From Candidatus Polarisedimenticolia bacterium (lineage in GTDB: Bacteria > Acidobacteriota > Polarisedimenticolia > JACPZX01 > DASXTC01): 64,000 nucleotides of DNA. The position numbers and the translations under genes are program-made. Shown one piece after another: positions 36,501-45,750 of this stretch. Numbering within the stretch: the first letter of the stretch is position 1; every line of letters begins with the position of its first letter. The notes beneath the pieces were generated by a model. That model was not told the DNA's origin and searched no databases. It saw only the letters and a list, made by a program, of their open reading frames with translations. The DNA lies in assembly GCA_035281445.1 (NCBI GenBank), contig DATEEA010000010.1:14092-78091 (forward strand). Reading direction: 5' to 3'.

Positions 36501-38545
36501 CCGTAGAACCTCCTGCGGACGTGGCTCCCCTCGCGGCCGCCGCGGGCGTCGGCGTGCCGCAGGAGCCCCCCGCGCCAGGGAGGGAACCCCGCTCCCATCA
36601 CCATGGCCAGGTCGATGGTCTCGGGCCGATCGACCGATCCCTCCTCCAGGAGCCTGGCCGCCTCCTGCACCATCACCCCCACCAGCCGGTCCGCGACGGC
36701 CGCCGGCTCCGGGGCCCCCCCGGCGCCGTCGGTCCGTCCGCCCGCCGCCGCCACCAGGGCCTTCAGCTCCGGTGAGGGCTTCCTGGAAGGGTACCGGTAG
36801 AATCCCTTTCCCGCCTTCATTCCCAGCAGTCCGGCCTGGGCCATGCCGTGCAGGAGCTTCAGGCCGGTCTCGCCGCCCCGATCGGGGAAGGCCGCGGCCA
36901 GCACCCCCGCCACGTGGGCGGCCACGTCCAGGCCGATCTGGTCGAGCAGCGCGAAGGGCCCCATGGGCATCCCGAAGGAGGTCATCGCCCGATCCACGGC
37001 GACGGGATCGGCGCCGCCGGCGAGCAGCTCCACGGCCCCTCCCAGATAGGGCATCAGGATGCGGTTCACGATGAAGCCGGGTGTGTCGCGCACGACCACC
37101 GGGGTCTTTCCCATCCTGCGGGCCACGGCCAGGGCGGCCTCCACCGCGGCGTCCTCGGTGGCCGGCCCGCGCACGATCTCCACCAGAGGCATCTTCTCCA
37201 CCGGGTTGAAGAAGTGCAGCCCCACGACCCTTCCGGGGCGGGCCGCCCCCTCGGCGATGGCCGCCACCGACAGCGACGAGGTGTTGGTGGCGAAGACGCA
37301 GGCCGGAGGGGTGGCGCGCTCCACCTCGGCCAGCACCCTGCGCTTCACCTCCAGGTCCTCCACCACCGCCTCCACCACCAGGTCGCAGGAGGCGAACCCG
37401 GTCATGTCGGTGGCTGGGGCCACCAGGGCCTCCCGCCGGTCCGCCTCGTGCCGCGGCATCCTTCCGCGCCGAGCAGCCGCCGACGAGAGGGCGCGCACCT
37501 GGCGCATCCCCCGGGCCAGGGCCTCGGCGCTGACGTCCTTGAGGCGCACGCTCAGGCCGCCCATGGCGGCCACCGCGGCGATCCCTCCTCCCATGGTGCC
37601 CGCCCCCAGCACCCCCAGCCTCCGCACGTCGGCCGCCGCGGCCCCCGCCGACGCGGCGGCGCGGCTGGAGAGGAAGATCTGCACCAGGTGCCTGGAGACG
37701 TCCCCCACCAGCAGCGGTCCGATCAGCTCCGCCTCGCGCCGCAGGCCCTCCTCCAGCGGCCTGCCGAGTCCGTAGCTCACCGCCTCCAGCGCCGCCCGGG
37801 GAGCGGGGTAGCGCCCCGCCGTCTGCGCCAGCACCCTACGGCGCGCGGCGGCGAACACCAGAGGCCGCAGCGGCGCAAGCCGGTCCAGCCGGTCCCAGGG
37901 CGCCCGCCGGACCCTGCCTCCGGCCGCCAGCCGGGCCGCCTCGCGGCGCGCGGCCAGGGCGATCCCTTCCGCGGGCACGACCGCGTCCACCACCCCCAGC
38001 TTGCGTGCGCGGCGGCCGTCCAGCGTCCTGCCGGTGAGGATCAGGTCGAGGGCCCTGCCCGGGCCGATCAGGCGCGGCAGGCGCTGCGTGCCGCCCCAGC
38101 CCGGGATCAGCCCCAGCCGGACCTCCGGCAGCCCGATCGACACCTCCCGGGCGTCGGAGGCGATGCGCGAGACGCAGGCCAGCGCCAGCTCCAGTCCCCC
38201 GCCCAGGCAGGCGCCGTTGATCCCGGCCACGGTGGGGATGGGGAGGGCGGCGAGCCGCGAGAAGATCCTCTGGCCCTCGGCCGCCTTGGCCGAGGCGGCG
38301 GCCGGATCCCCCGCCGCGGCCACCGTCACGAACGCCTTCACGTCGGCCCCGGCCAGGAAGACCCCCTTCTTGCCGCTGGTGAGGGCCGCCCCCTTCACCG
38401 TCCCGGCGGCAGCGGCCCGCTCCAGCTCCCCCAGCAGCCCGGACAGCCGCGCCAGCGAGGCCTCGGTGAGGATGTTGACCTTCTCGCCGGGCGTGTCGAA
38501 GCGCAGCTCGGCGATGCCGTCGGGGCCGATCGACAGATCGATCAC
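36497..38545 (-). CDS. fadB: fused enoyl-CoA hydratase / 3-hydroxyacyl-CoA dehydrogenase (FadB/FadJ-like)
   Basis: GTG at 38545-38543 is in frame in ORF 36497..38941 and gives 682 aa. The N-terminus is crotonase-like (GVFLAGADVKAF, NGACLGGGLELALAC). The NAD-binding loop is LGVLGAGTMGGGIA and the dehydrogenase core is FFNPVEKMPLVEIV. Confidence 0.85.
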   Translation of the reverse strand: MIDLSIGPDGIAELRFDTPGEKVNILTEASLARLSGLLGELERAAAAGTVKGAALTSGKKGVFLAGADVKAFVTVAAAGDPAAASAKAAEGQRIFSRLAALPIPTVAGINGACLGGGLELALACVSRIASDAREVSIGLPEVRLGLIPGWGGTQRLPRLIGPGRALDLILTGRTLDGRRARKLGVVDAVVPAEGIALAARREAARLAAGGRVRRAPWDRLDRLAPLRPLVFAAARRRVLAQTAGRYPAPRAALEAVSYGLGRPLEEGLRREAELIGPLLVGDVSRHLVQIFLSSRAAASAGAAAADVRRLGVLGAGTMGGGIAAVAAMGGLSVRLKDVSAEALARGMRQVRALSSAAARRGRMPRHEADRREALVAPATDMTGFASCDLVVEAVVEDLEVKRRVLAEVERATPPACVFATNTSSLSVAAIAEGAARPGRVVGLHFFNPVEKMPLVEIVRGPATEDAAVEAALAVARRMGKTPVVVRDTPGFIVNRILMPYLGGAVELLAGGADPVAVDRAMTSFGMPMGPFALLDQIGLDVAAHVAGVLAAAFPDRGGETGLKLLHGMAQAGLLGMKAGKGFYRYPSRKPSPELKALVAAAGGRTDGAGGAPEPAAVADRLVGVMVQEAARLLEEGSVDRPETIDLAMVMGAGFPPWRGGLLRHADARGGREGSHVRRRFYG

Positions 38546-39819
38546 GCCGCCTCCAGGAGCACGGCCATCCCCTGGCCGCCGCCGATGCAGAGGGTGGCCA
38601 GGCCCAGCCCGGCCCCCCGCCGGCGCATCTCCATGGCCAGGGTCAGCACCAGCCGCGCCCCCGAGGCGCCGACGGGATGACCCAGGGCGATGGCCCCACC
38701 GTTGACGTTGGCTCGGTCCGGGTCGATCTCCCCGACCGCGCGCTCCAGCCCCAGCTCTTCCCTGGCGAAACGATCCGAGGCCAGCGCCGCCACGCATGCC
38801 AGCACCTGGGCGGCGAACGCTTCGTTGATCTCGATCAGGCCGACGTCGGCGAGACGGGCCCCCCCGCGGGCCAGCGCGAGCGGCGCGGCGAAGGCCGGCC
38901 CCAGGCCCATGCGGCGCGGGGAGAGCCCCGCGGCCGCCCACGACCGCACCGAGGCCAGAGGGCGCAGGCTCCGATCGCGCACCGCGTCGGCCGAGGCCAT
39001 CACCACCGCCGCCGCCCCGTCGGTGATGGGCGACGAGTTGCCGGCGGTGACGGTGCCCCGCTCGCGGTCGAAGTGGGGCTTCAGGCGCGCCAGGGCCTCC
39101 ATGGTCTGCTGCCGGCGCGGCCCGACGTCGTCATGGAGCGCCTTGTCCCAGCGCGGCGGGAGGAAGACCGGCGTCATCTCCTCCCGCAGCCGGTCGGCGG
39201 CGGCCACCGCGCGGCGGTGGCTCTCCAGAGCGAAGCGGTCCTGCTCTTCGCGCCCTATGCCGAACTCCAGCGCCAGGACCTCGGCGGTCTGTCCCATGCT
39301 CAGGCCGCACAGCGGGTCGGTCAGGCCGGCCAGGAGGCCGGGGATCGGCTTGAAGGCGCGGGGCCTCAGGCGCATCCAGGCCCGCAGCCGGGCGGGGAAG
39401 CTCCTGGCCCGCGCGGCCGCCGTCAGGATGTCCTTGAGCTCCTCGGTGACCAGGAAGGGGACGTTGGACATCGACTCCACCCCGCCGGCCACCACCACCC
39501 GGGCGCGCCCCGAGCCGATCATCTCGGCGGCCTCGGCCACCGCCTCCATCCCCGAGGCGCAGTTGCGGTTGACGGTGTGGGCGGGGACGGCCTCGGGCAG
39601 CCCGGCCTGCACGGCGATCACGCGGGCCACGTTGGAGGCGTCGGCGGGGGAGGCCACGTTGCCCATCACCACGGCGTCGATCTCGGAAGGGAGGAAGCCC
39701 GAGCGGGCCACCGCCTCGCGCACGGCGGCGACCCCCAGCTCGCGCGCGGAGACACGGCGCAGGTCGGCCCCGGCCTTGGCGAACGGTGTCCGCGCGCCGG
39801 CCACCACCAGGGCGGGCAC
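38542..39819 (-). CDS. fadA: acetyl-CoA C-acyltransferase (thiolase)
   Basis: GTG at 39819-39817 sits behind AAGGAGG, in frame in ORF 38542..41838, and gives 425 aa. The active-site contexts are VNRNCASGMEAV and NVNGGAIALGHPVGASGARL, and the C-terminus is CIGGGQGMA. Confidence 0.85.
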   Translation of the reverse strand: MPALVVAGARTPFAKAGADLRRVSARELGVAAVREAVARSGFLPSEIDAVVMGNVASPADASNVARVIAVQAGLPEAVPAHTVNRNCASGMEAVAEAAEMIGSGRARVVVAGGVESMSNVPFLVTEELKDILTAAARARSFPARLRAWMRLRPRAFKPIPGLLAGLTDPLCGLSMGQTAEVLALEFGIGREEQDRFALESHRRAVAAADRLREEMTPVFLPPRWDKALHDDVGPRRQQTMEALARLKPHFDRERGTVTAGNSSPITDGAAAVVMASADAVRDRSLRPLASVRSWAAAGLSPRRMGLGPAFAAPLALARGGARLADVGLIEINEAFAAQVLACVAALASDRFAREELGLERAVGEIDPDRANVNGGAIALGHPVGASGARLVLTLAMEMRRRGAGLGLATLCIGGGQGMAVLLEAA

Positions 39820-41606
39820 TAAGCCTCCTTCGGCTCGAGGTAGAGAGGCTCGATCAGGTGGCGGTACTTCTGCTCCACGACCTGGCGGCGCACCTTCATC
39901 GTGGGCGTCAGCTCGCCGCCTTCGATGGTGAACTCGTCGGGCAGGAGGACGAACTTCTTGATCTGCTCGAAGCGGGACAGCCCGCGATTGACGGCGGAGA
40001 TGATCGGCTCGAAGAGGGCCTCGACCTCCCGGCGCCGGAGCAGCGCCTCGAACGAGCTCCCGTCCGCGTCCAGGTTCATCTCTTTGCAGCGGGCCTTCAC
40101 CTTGGCCCGGTCGGGCACCAGCAGCGCCGAGATGAACTTGCGCCCGTCTCCCACCAGGATGGCCTGGGAGATCAGGTCGTGCGCCAGCAAGGAGTGCTCG
40201 ATGAGAGCCGGCGGAACCTTCTTGCCTCCGGACGTCACCAGGAGCTCTTTCTTTCGGCCGGTGATGACCAGGTTGCCGCGATCGTCCAGACGCCCCAGGT
40301 CGCCCGTGCGGAACCAGCCGTCCTGGAAGTCCCTCTCGGTGCGCTTCACGTCGAGGTAGTAGCCCCGGGCCACTCCGGGCCCGCGCACCAGGATCTCGCC
40401 GTCCTCCTCCATCCGCAGCTCCATGCCGTCGAGCGGCGGTCCCACCGTCCCCGGCGCCATCCGGCCGTGGCGGTTGATCGACAGCACGGTCGTCTCGGTC
40501 AGGCCGTAGCCTTCCAGGATCGTCAGCCCGAAGGAGAGGAAGAACCGGGCCACCTCGGGGCTCAGCGGCGCTCCGCCGCAGACGGCGAAGCGGAGCCGCC
40601 CTCCCAGACCCTGGCGCACCTTGGAGAGGACCAGCCGATCGGCCAGGGCGTGCCGCAGCTTCAGCCAGGCGCCCGGGTCCCGTCCCTCGAGCCGCGCGCC
40701 GGCCATCTCCCGGCCCACCTCCAGGCCCCACCGGAACAGCGCCCGCAGGGGCGCGGGGCGATCGGCGGCCCGGGCCAGGATGGCGTCGCGCGCCTTCTCG
40801 AACACCCTCGGGACGCCGGGGAAGGTGGTGGGTCGCACGGCCTTCAGGGCGGCGGAGACGTGATCGAGCGCCACGTACACGATGCGCGCCCCGCGATGGA
40901 AGTAGCAGTAGTCGGCCAGCCGCTGGGTGACGTGGCAGAGAGGCAGGAAGGAGAGGGTCACGTCGTCCGGGCAGAACTCCAGCGTCTCGCACAGCACCTT
41001 GACGTTGGAGGTGAGGTTGCCGTGGCTGAGCATCACCCCCTTGGGAGGGCCGGTGGTGCCGGAGGTGTAGATGATGGTGGCCACGTCGTCGATCTTGAGC
41101 CGGGCCGCGGGCTCCTTCCAGGCGTTGGGGGAGCCCTTGAGGAGATCGTCCCCCATGGCGCAGACCGAGTCGAAGTGCATGACGTCCTCGGCCGCGGCGT
41201 CCTGGTCGATCACGATCACCTGCGAGAGGTTGGGGACGTCGTGCGCCGCGGCCAGCAGCTTGTCGAGAAGCGCCTGGGTGGAGGCCACGGCGTACCGGGC
41301 GCCCGAGTTCTCCAGGATGTAGTGGAGCTGGTCGGGAGTCAGGCTGACGTAGACCGGGACCAGGATCCCGCCGGCGAAGGCGGTGGCGTAGTCGGTGGCC
41401 GCCCACTCCGGGCGGTTCTCCGAGATCAGGAGGACCCTGTCTCCCTTGCGCAGCCCCAGGGCCAGCAGGCCGGCGGCGAACCGCCGCACCTTGTCCGCCA
41501 GCGCGGCGGTGGAGACGTTGCGCTGGAGCTGAGGGGTCCACCAGGAGAGGGCCGCCTCGCGCGGCATCGAGCCGATCGAGCGCTCGAACAGCTCCGGGAT
41601 GGTCAC
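39819..41606 (-). CDS. fadD: long-chain fatty acid--CoA ligase (AMP-binding family)
   Basis: 595-aa ORF with a GTG start. The AMP-binding motif is IIYTSGTTGPPKGVMLSHGN. Later motifs are GYGLTET, TGDLG and GGKKV. Confidence 0.85.
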   Translation of the reverse strand: MTIPELFERSIGSMPREAALSWWTPQLQRNVSTAALADKVRRFAAGLLALGLRKGDRVLLISENRPEWAATDYATAFAGGILVPVYVSLTPDQLHYILENSGARYAVASTQALLDKLLAAAHDVPNLSQVIVIDQDAAAEDVMHFDSVCAMGDDLLKGSPNAWKEPAARLKIDDVATIIYTSGTTGPPKGVMLSHGNLTSNVKVLCETLEFCPDDVTLSFLPLCHVTQRLADYCYFHRGARIVYVALDHVSAALKAVRPTTFPGVPRVFEKARDAILARAADRPAPLRALFRWGLEVGREMAGARLEGRDPGAWLKLRHALADRLVLSKVRQGLGGRLRFAVCGGAPLSPEVARFFLSFGLTILEGYGLTETTVLSINRHGRMAPGTVGPPLDGMELRMEEDGEILVRGPGVARGYYLDVKRTERDFQDGWFRTGDLGRLDDRGNLVITGRKKELLVTSGGKKVPPALIEHSLLAHDLISQAILVGDGRKFISALLVPDRAKVKARCKEMNLDADGSSFEALLRRREVEALFEPIISAVNRGLSRFEQIKKFVLLPDEFTIEGGELTPTMKVRRQVVEQKYRHLIEPLYLEPKEA

Positions 41607-43024
41607 GGCTCGTCGTCTCCCGCGTCCTGGCCCGACAGCCGGTCCTTGGCGATGTCGTACTGCTCGAGCTTCTTGTAGAGGTTGCTGCGCGGGGTGTCGA
41701 TCTCCTTGGCCGTGCGGGAGATGTTCCAGTCGTTCTTCTCCAGCATGGCCAGGATGAACTCCTTCTCCGCCGCTTCCTTGAAGTCCTTGAGCGTTCCATA
41801 GGCCTGGGCGGACCGTGCCAGCATCCCCCCGGCCGCACCCGCCTCGACGGGCCCGGCCGCGGCCCCCCCTTCGCTCCCCCGCAGCTCGGGAGGCAGATCC
41901 CCCAGGTCGATCACGGCATCGCCTCCCCCCGGGGTCATGATGGTGATCCGTTCCACGATGTTGCGCAGCTCGCGGACGTTGCCCTTCCAGGCGTGGCGGG
42001 CCAGGGCGCGCATCGCCGTCTGGCTGACGCGGCGGCCGGCCACGGCCGCGAAGTGCTGCACCAGCGAGGGGATGTCCTCGGCCCTCTGGCGCAGGGGAGA
42101 GCAGTGGATGGGGATGACGTTGAGCCGGAAGTACAGGTCCTCGCGGAACCCCCCCTTGCGGATCTCGGCGGCCAGGTCCTTGTTGGTGGCGGCGATCACC
42201 CGGACATCCACGGTGATGACCCGGGCCGCCCCCACCGGCTCGATCTCCCCCGTTTCCAGGGCGCGCAGCACCTTGGCCTGGGCCCGTGGGCTCATGTCGC
42301 CCACTTCGTCCAGGAAGATGGTGCCGTGGTCGGCCTGGAGGAACTTGCCGGTCTGGCGTCCCACCGCCCCGGTGAACGAGCCGCGCTCGTGGCCGAACAG
42401 CTCGCTCTCGATCAGGTCGTCGGGGATGGCGGCGCAGTTCACCCTCACGAAGGGAGCGTCGCGCCGGTTGCCCAGGCGATGGATGGCCCGGGCCACCAGC
42501 TCCTTGCCCGTGCCGCTCTCGCCGGTGATGAGCACCGTGGCGTTGGTGGGAGCGCTGCGCTGGATCATCTCCCGCAGCTCCTTCATCGGCCGCGAGTCTC
42601 CGATCATGGCGAACTGCTGCTCATGCTCGCGCTCCAGCACGGCGGCCTTGCCGCGCAGGCGGCGCTGCTCCAGAGCGTTGCGGATCTCCACCAGCACCCG
42701 CTCCTCGCCGAAGGGCTTCTCGATGAAGTTGAAGGCGCCCAGCTTGGTGGCGCGGACGGCGGTCTCGATGTCGCCGTGGCCGGACACCACGATCACCGGC
42801 ATCTCCATCCCCTGGCGCCGCATCGTCTCGAGCACCTCCAGACCGTCCATCTCCGGCATCTTGATGTCCAGGATGACGACATGCGGGTCGTCGGAGGCGA
42901 TCTTCTCCAGGGCGTCGCGCCCCGACGAGGCCTCCAGGAACTGGTAGCCTGCGTGCTGCAGGATCATCCGAAGGCTCGATCGGATCGACGACTCGTCGTC
43001 GACGACGAGGATGCGCTGCTTCAT
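41603..43024 (-). CDS. sigma-54-dependent response regulator (NtrC family: receiver + AAA+ + HTH)
   Basis: 473-aa ORF. The receiver reads MKQRILVVDDE...DIKMPEMDG. Walker A is GESGTGKE, the GAFTGA-type loop is GSFTGA, and a C-terminal Fis-type HTH reads NISRTAKEIDTPRSNLYKKL. Confidence 0.9.
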   Translation of the reverse strand: MKQRILVVDDESSIRSSLRMILQHAGYQFLEASSGRDALEKIASDDPHVVILDIKMPEMDGLEVLETMRRQGMEMPVIVVSGHGDIETAVRATKLGAFNFIEKPFGEERVLVEIRNALEQRRLRGKAAVLEREHEQQFAMIGDSRPMKELREMIQRSAPTNATVLITGESGTGKELVARAIHRLGNRRDAPFVRVNCAAIPDDLIESELFGHERGSFTGAVGRQTGKFLQADHGTIFLDEVGDMSPRAQAKVLRALETGEIEPVGAARVITVDVRVIAATNKDLAAEIRKGGFREDLYFRLNVIPIHCSPLRQRAEDIPSLVQHFAAVAGRRVSQTAMRALARHAWKGNVRELRNIVERITIMTPGGGDAVIDLGDLPPELRGSEGGAAAGPVEAGAAGGMLARSAQAYGTLKDFKEAAEKEFILAMLEKNDWNISRTAKEIDTPRSNLYKKLEQYDIAKDRLSGQDAGDDEP

Positions 43025-43025
43025 G

Positions 43026-43069
43026 AAAAAAGGGCAGGAGGGAGGACGGGGCGCCTCCGCTCCTGCCCC
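43026..43069 (-). terminator. rho-independent terminator after htrA, abutting the regulator start codon
   Basis: The minus strand reads GGGCAGGAG...(inner GGAGG/CCTCC pairing)...CTCCTGCCC followed by TTTTTT (plus-strand A-run 43026-43031). Only 1 nt then separates it from ATG 43024. Confidence 0.65.
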
Positions 43070-43111
43070 TCGGTCCGGGTCACGCCGCCCCCAGGGGCGG
43101 CCGGTGTGCAG

Positions 43112-44758
43112 TCATTCCGCTCCGACGGGAAGGTTGACGAACCGGCCCGTGTCGACCTGGGGATTCCTCACGTACATGGAGAGCATCTCCCCGGGCTTCA
43201 GGCTGTCCACGATCGCCCTGTAGTCGTCGAGCGAGCGGATGGCCTTGCGGTTCAGCTTGACGATGACGTCCCCTTCGCGCAGCCCGCGGTCCCAGGCGTC
43301 GCTGACCTGCGAGACGTGGGTCACCACCACCCCCTGGACGTCGTCGGAGATCTTCAGCTCGCGCCGCGTCTCCGAGGTGATGTCCTCGACGGTCATCCCC
43401 AGCCGCTTGTCGGAGACCGGCTCCTCCGGATCCTCCTGCTCCTCCTCCCGGGAGGCGCGCACCGCCGTGCGGTCGGGGCGGTTGGTCAGCTCGGCGGTCA
43501 GCTTGCGGTCCTGCCCGTCGCGCACGATGCCCAGGGAGACCCTGCTGCCGGGGATCTTGGCCGAGATGGTGCGGATGAGGTCGTCGCTCCCGGTGATGGT
43601 CTGTCCGTCCACCGAGACGATGGCGTCGCCCGGCTGAAGGCCGGCGCGGTCGGCCGGCTCGCCGGGGGTCACGTTCTGGATGAAGGCCCCCTTGCGCCCT
43701 TGCAGGCCGAAGTAGTCGCGCTCGTCGGGACGCAGCTCGGACTGGATGTCCTGGATGGTCACCCCCAGGTAGCCGCGGGAGACCTTCCCTTTCTCGCGAA
43801 GCTGGGTCATCACGTCGCGGGCCATGTTGATGGGGATGGCGAAGGAGATGCCCTGGCCGGCGACGCTGATGGCGGAGTTGATCCCCACCGCCTCGCCCTT
43901 GACGTTCAGCAGCGGGCCGCCCGAGTTGCCCCGGTTGATGGCCGCGTCGGTCTGGATGTAGTTGTCCAGCGAGACGTCGCGCGAGAGCCCCGCCAGCTTG
44001 CGACCCTTGGCGGAGACCACGCCCACCGTGACCGTGTGATCGTACACGAGGGGGTTGCCGATGGCGATCACCCACTCGCCCACCCGCAGCCTCTCGGAAT
44101 CGCCCAGGGGGATGTAGGGGAGCCTCTGGCGCGGCTCGATCTTGAGCAGGGCCAGGTCGGTGAGCTGGTCCGTCCCCACCACACTCGCCTCGTAGTCGTG
44201 GTTGTCCTCGGCCAGCCGGACGATGATGCGGTCGGCGTCCTCGATGACGTGGTAGTTGGTCATGATGTAGCCGTCCTCGGTCACCACGAAGCCCGAGCCG
44301 CCGCTGTCCTGCCGCTGGTCGTCGTCCTCCTCGCCGCCGGGGTCCCTGGGGGCGGGCCTGTCGGGGCGGGGGAAGATGAAGTCGAAGGGGGTCCCGTGGG
44401 GGGAGCGCCGCCTGTCGCGGGCCGACGTGCGGATGATCTCGGTGGCCCGGATGTTCACCACCGACGCGTTCGCCCTTTCGGCGATGTCGGCGATGTTGGG
44501 AAGGAACAGGGCGGGATCGGCTCCCTTGGGGGCCGGCGGGACGGCGAGGTCGCGCTCCCGCTGGGCGGTGACCACCCGGTCCTCCTGGACCGGCGGGGGC
44601 GCCTCCTGGAGGGCCGCCGCCCTCTCGAAAGTCCCGCCCCGGTCGGACGCCTCGCGGGACGACAGAGCCATCCCGAAAACCAGTGCGGTGGATACCCCGA
44701 ACGTCAACAACAGGAAGTTAACTTTTCTGGACAGGATGGCGGTGCGACCCGACGACAT
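43112..44758 (-). CDS. htrA: HtrA/DegP-family periplasmic serine endoprotease with two PDZ domains
   Basis: 548-aa ORF with an N-terminal TM/signal segment. The catalytic contexts are TNYHVIEDA (His), DLALLK (Asp) and GNSGGPLLN (Ser). Two PDZ-like segments follow. Confidence 0.9.
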   Translation of the reverse strand: MSSGRTAILSRKVNFLLLTFGVSTALVFGMALSSREASDRGGTFERAAALQEAPPPVQEDRVVTAQRERDLAVPPAPKGADPALFLPNIADIAERANASVVNIRATEIIRTSARDRRRSPHGTPFDFIFPRPDRPAPRDPGGEEDDDQRQDSGGSGFVVTEDGYIMTNYHVIEDADRIIVRLAEDNHDYEASVVGTDQLTDLALLKIEPRQRLPYIPLGDSERLRVGEWVIAIGNPLVYDHTVTVGVVSAKGRKLAGLSRDVSLDNYIQTDAAINRGNSGGPLLNVKGEAVGINSAISVAGQGISFAIPINMARDVMTQLREKGKVSRGYLGVTIQDIQSELRPDERDYFGLQGRKGAFIQNVTPGEPADRAGLQPGDAIVSVDGQTITGSDDLIRTISAKIPGSRVSLGIVRDGQDRKLTAELTNRPDRTAVRASREEEQEDPEEPVSDKRLGMTVEDITSETRRELKISDDVQGVVVTHVSQVSDAWDRGLREGDVIVKLNRKAIRSLDDYRAIVDSLKPGEMLSMYVRNPQVDTGRFVNLPVGAE

Positions 44759-44787
44759 CTTCGTGGCTCCCCTTCGTGTAAGCCCTT

Positions 44788-44816
44788 AAGCTACCATCAC
44801 ATCCCGGTACAGTCAA
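44788..44816 (-). promoter_or_regulatory. candidate promoter for htrA: TTGACT, 17 nt, TAGCTT
   Basis: Read on the minus strand, TTGACT is at 44816-44811 and TAGCTT at 44793-44788, about 30 nt upstream of ATG 44758. Confidence 0.3.
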
Positions 44817-44982
44817 GGAAAGCCGCCCCGCCGGGTGAACCCGAGACGGCGTCATCTCCCGAAGGGGAATCCCTGAGGGAAGCGACAGTCGAAACCATAG
44901 CCGCCGGTTCCGGCTCCGTCCACCTCGATGTTTTCCCCGGTCCTCGGATCAAGACAACACCGGATCGGGGCCTTTCGATGCC

Positions 44983-45002
44983 AAAAAAGCAGCGGGCGCG
45001 CT
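44983..45002 (-). terminator. weak hairpin + T6 after the DUF4388 gene
   Basis: The minus strand reads AGCG-CGCC-CGCT then GC TTTTTT. The stem is only 4-5 bp and overlaps the stop codon. Confidence 0.3.
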
Positions 45003-45735
45003 AGCCCGCCGACATGGCGGCGGCCGCCCGGCGTCGTTCGAGCAGCCCCACCACGGTGAAGGCCCAGATGAGCCGGCAGGACTCGAAATCCCCCATGGCC
45101 GACTCGGAGCAGATCTGGCTCAGCGTCGCCTCCGCCTCGCAGCGCGACAGCAGGGTCCACTCGTCCAGCGACAGGTTCAGGGCTCCGGCCAGCTCCTCGA
45201 GCTGGGGGGTGGTGGCATACCGGGTCCCCGGTCCTCCCACGGCGGCCTCGATGCGGGACCATGACTCGATGCTCTTGATGCCGGTCAGGAGCAGGTCCGG
45301 GGTGAACACCTTCAAGGTGATGACTTCCTGGGAGGGGAGCGGCCCGGCGTTGAGCTTCCAGGTCCCCCGGGTCCACTGGAACAGCGAGATCACCATGGAC
45401 TTGACCTGCTCGGAGACCCCCCAGATCAGGTCCTGCGGCCGGATCGCCTTGCGCTCCACCAGCACCGTGCCCAGCCGCTTGCCCTTGGACACCGACTCCG
45501 CGGCCGCCTCGCGCAGCACGTCCAGGCCCACCATCCCGCGCCTGAGGAAGAGCTCTCCGAGCCGCTCGTCCGGGTCGGTGGAGGCGGCGAAGACCACCTT
45601 GCCGGCGTCGAAGTAGAGCGTCTTCCTGATCGGCTCGTCGGCCACCATCAGGGTGCCGGTCGTCTTCGAGCGGCACAGGTCGTGGATCAGGGACGGGAGG
45701 GTGACCGGGCCGATCGTGCCTTGCGTGTTCGCCAT
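45001..45735 (-). CDS. DUF4388 (PatA-N-like) domain protein
   Basis: 244-aa ORF. The N-terminal GTIGPVTLPSLIHDLCRSKTTGTLMVADEPIRKTLYFDAGKVVFA matches the DUF4388 pattern. Confidence 0.7.
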   Translation of the reverse strand: MANTQGTIGPVTLPSLIHDLCRSKTTGTLMVADEPIRKTLYFDAGKVVFAASTDPDERLGELFLRRGMVGLDVLREAAAESVSKGKRLGTVLVERKAIRPQDLIWGVSEQVKSMVISLFQWTRGTWKLNAGPLPSQEVITLKVFTPDLLLTGIKSIESWSRIEAAVGGPGTRYATTPQLEELAGALNLSLDEWTLLSRCEAEATLSQICSESAMGDFESCRLIWAFTVVGLLERRRAAAAMSAG

Positions 45736-45750
45736 CCAGCCTCCTGGTTC

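Noticed and set aside
44969-44984. Sigma-54-like element TGGCATCGAAAGGC on the minus strand upstream of htrA
   Set aside because: The GG-to-GC spacing is one nucleotide short of the strict -24/-12 geometry, and the -12 region lacks TTGC. I treat it as chance.
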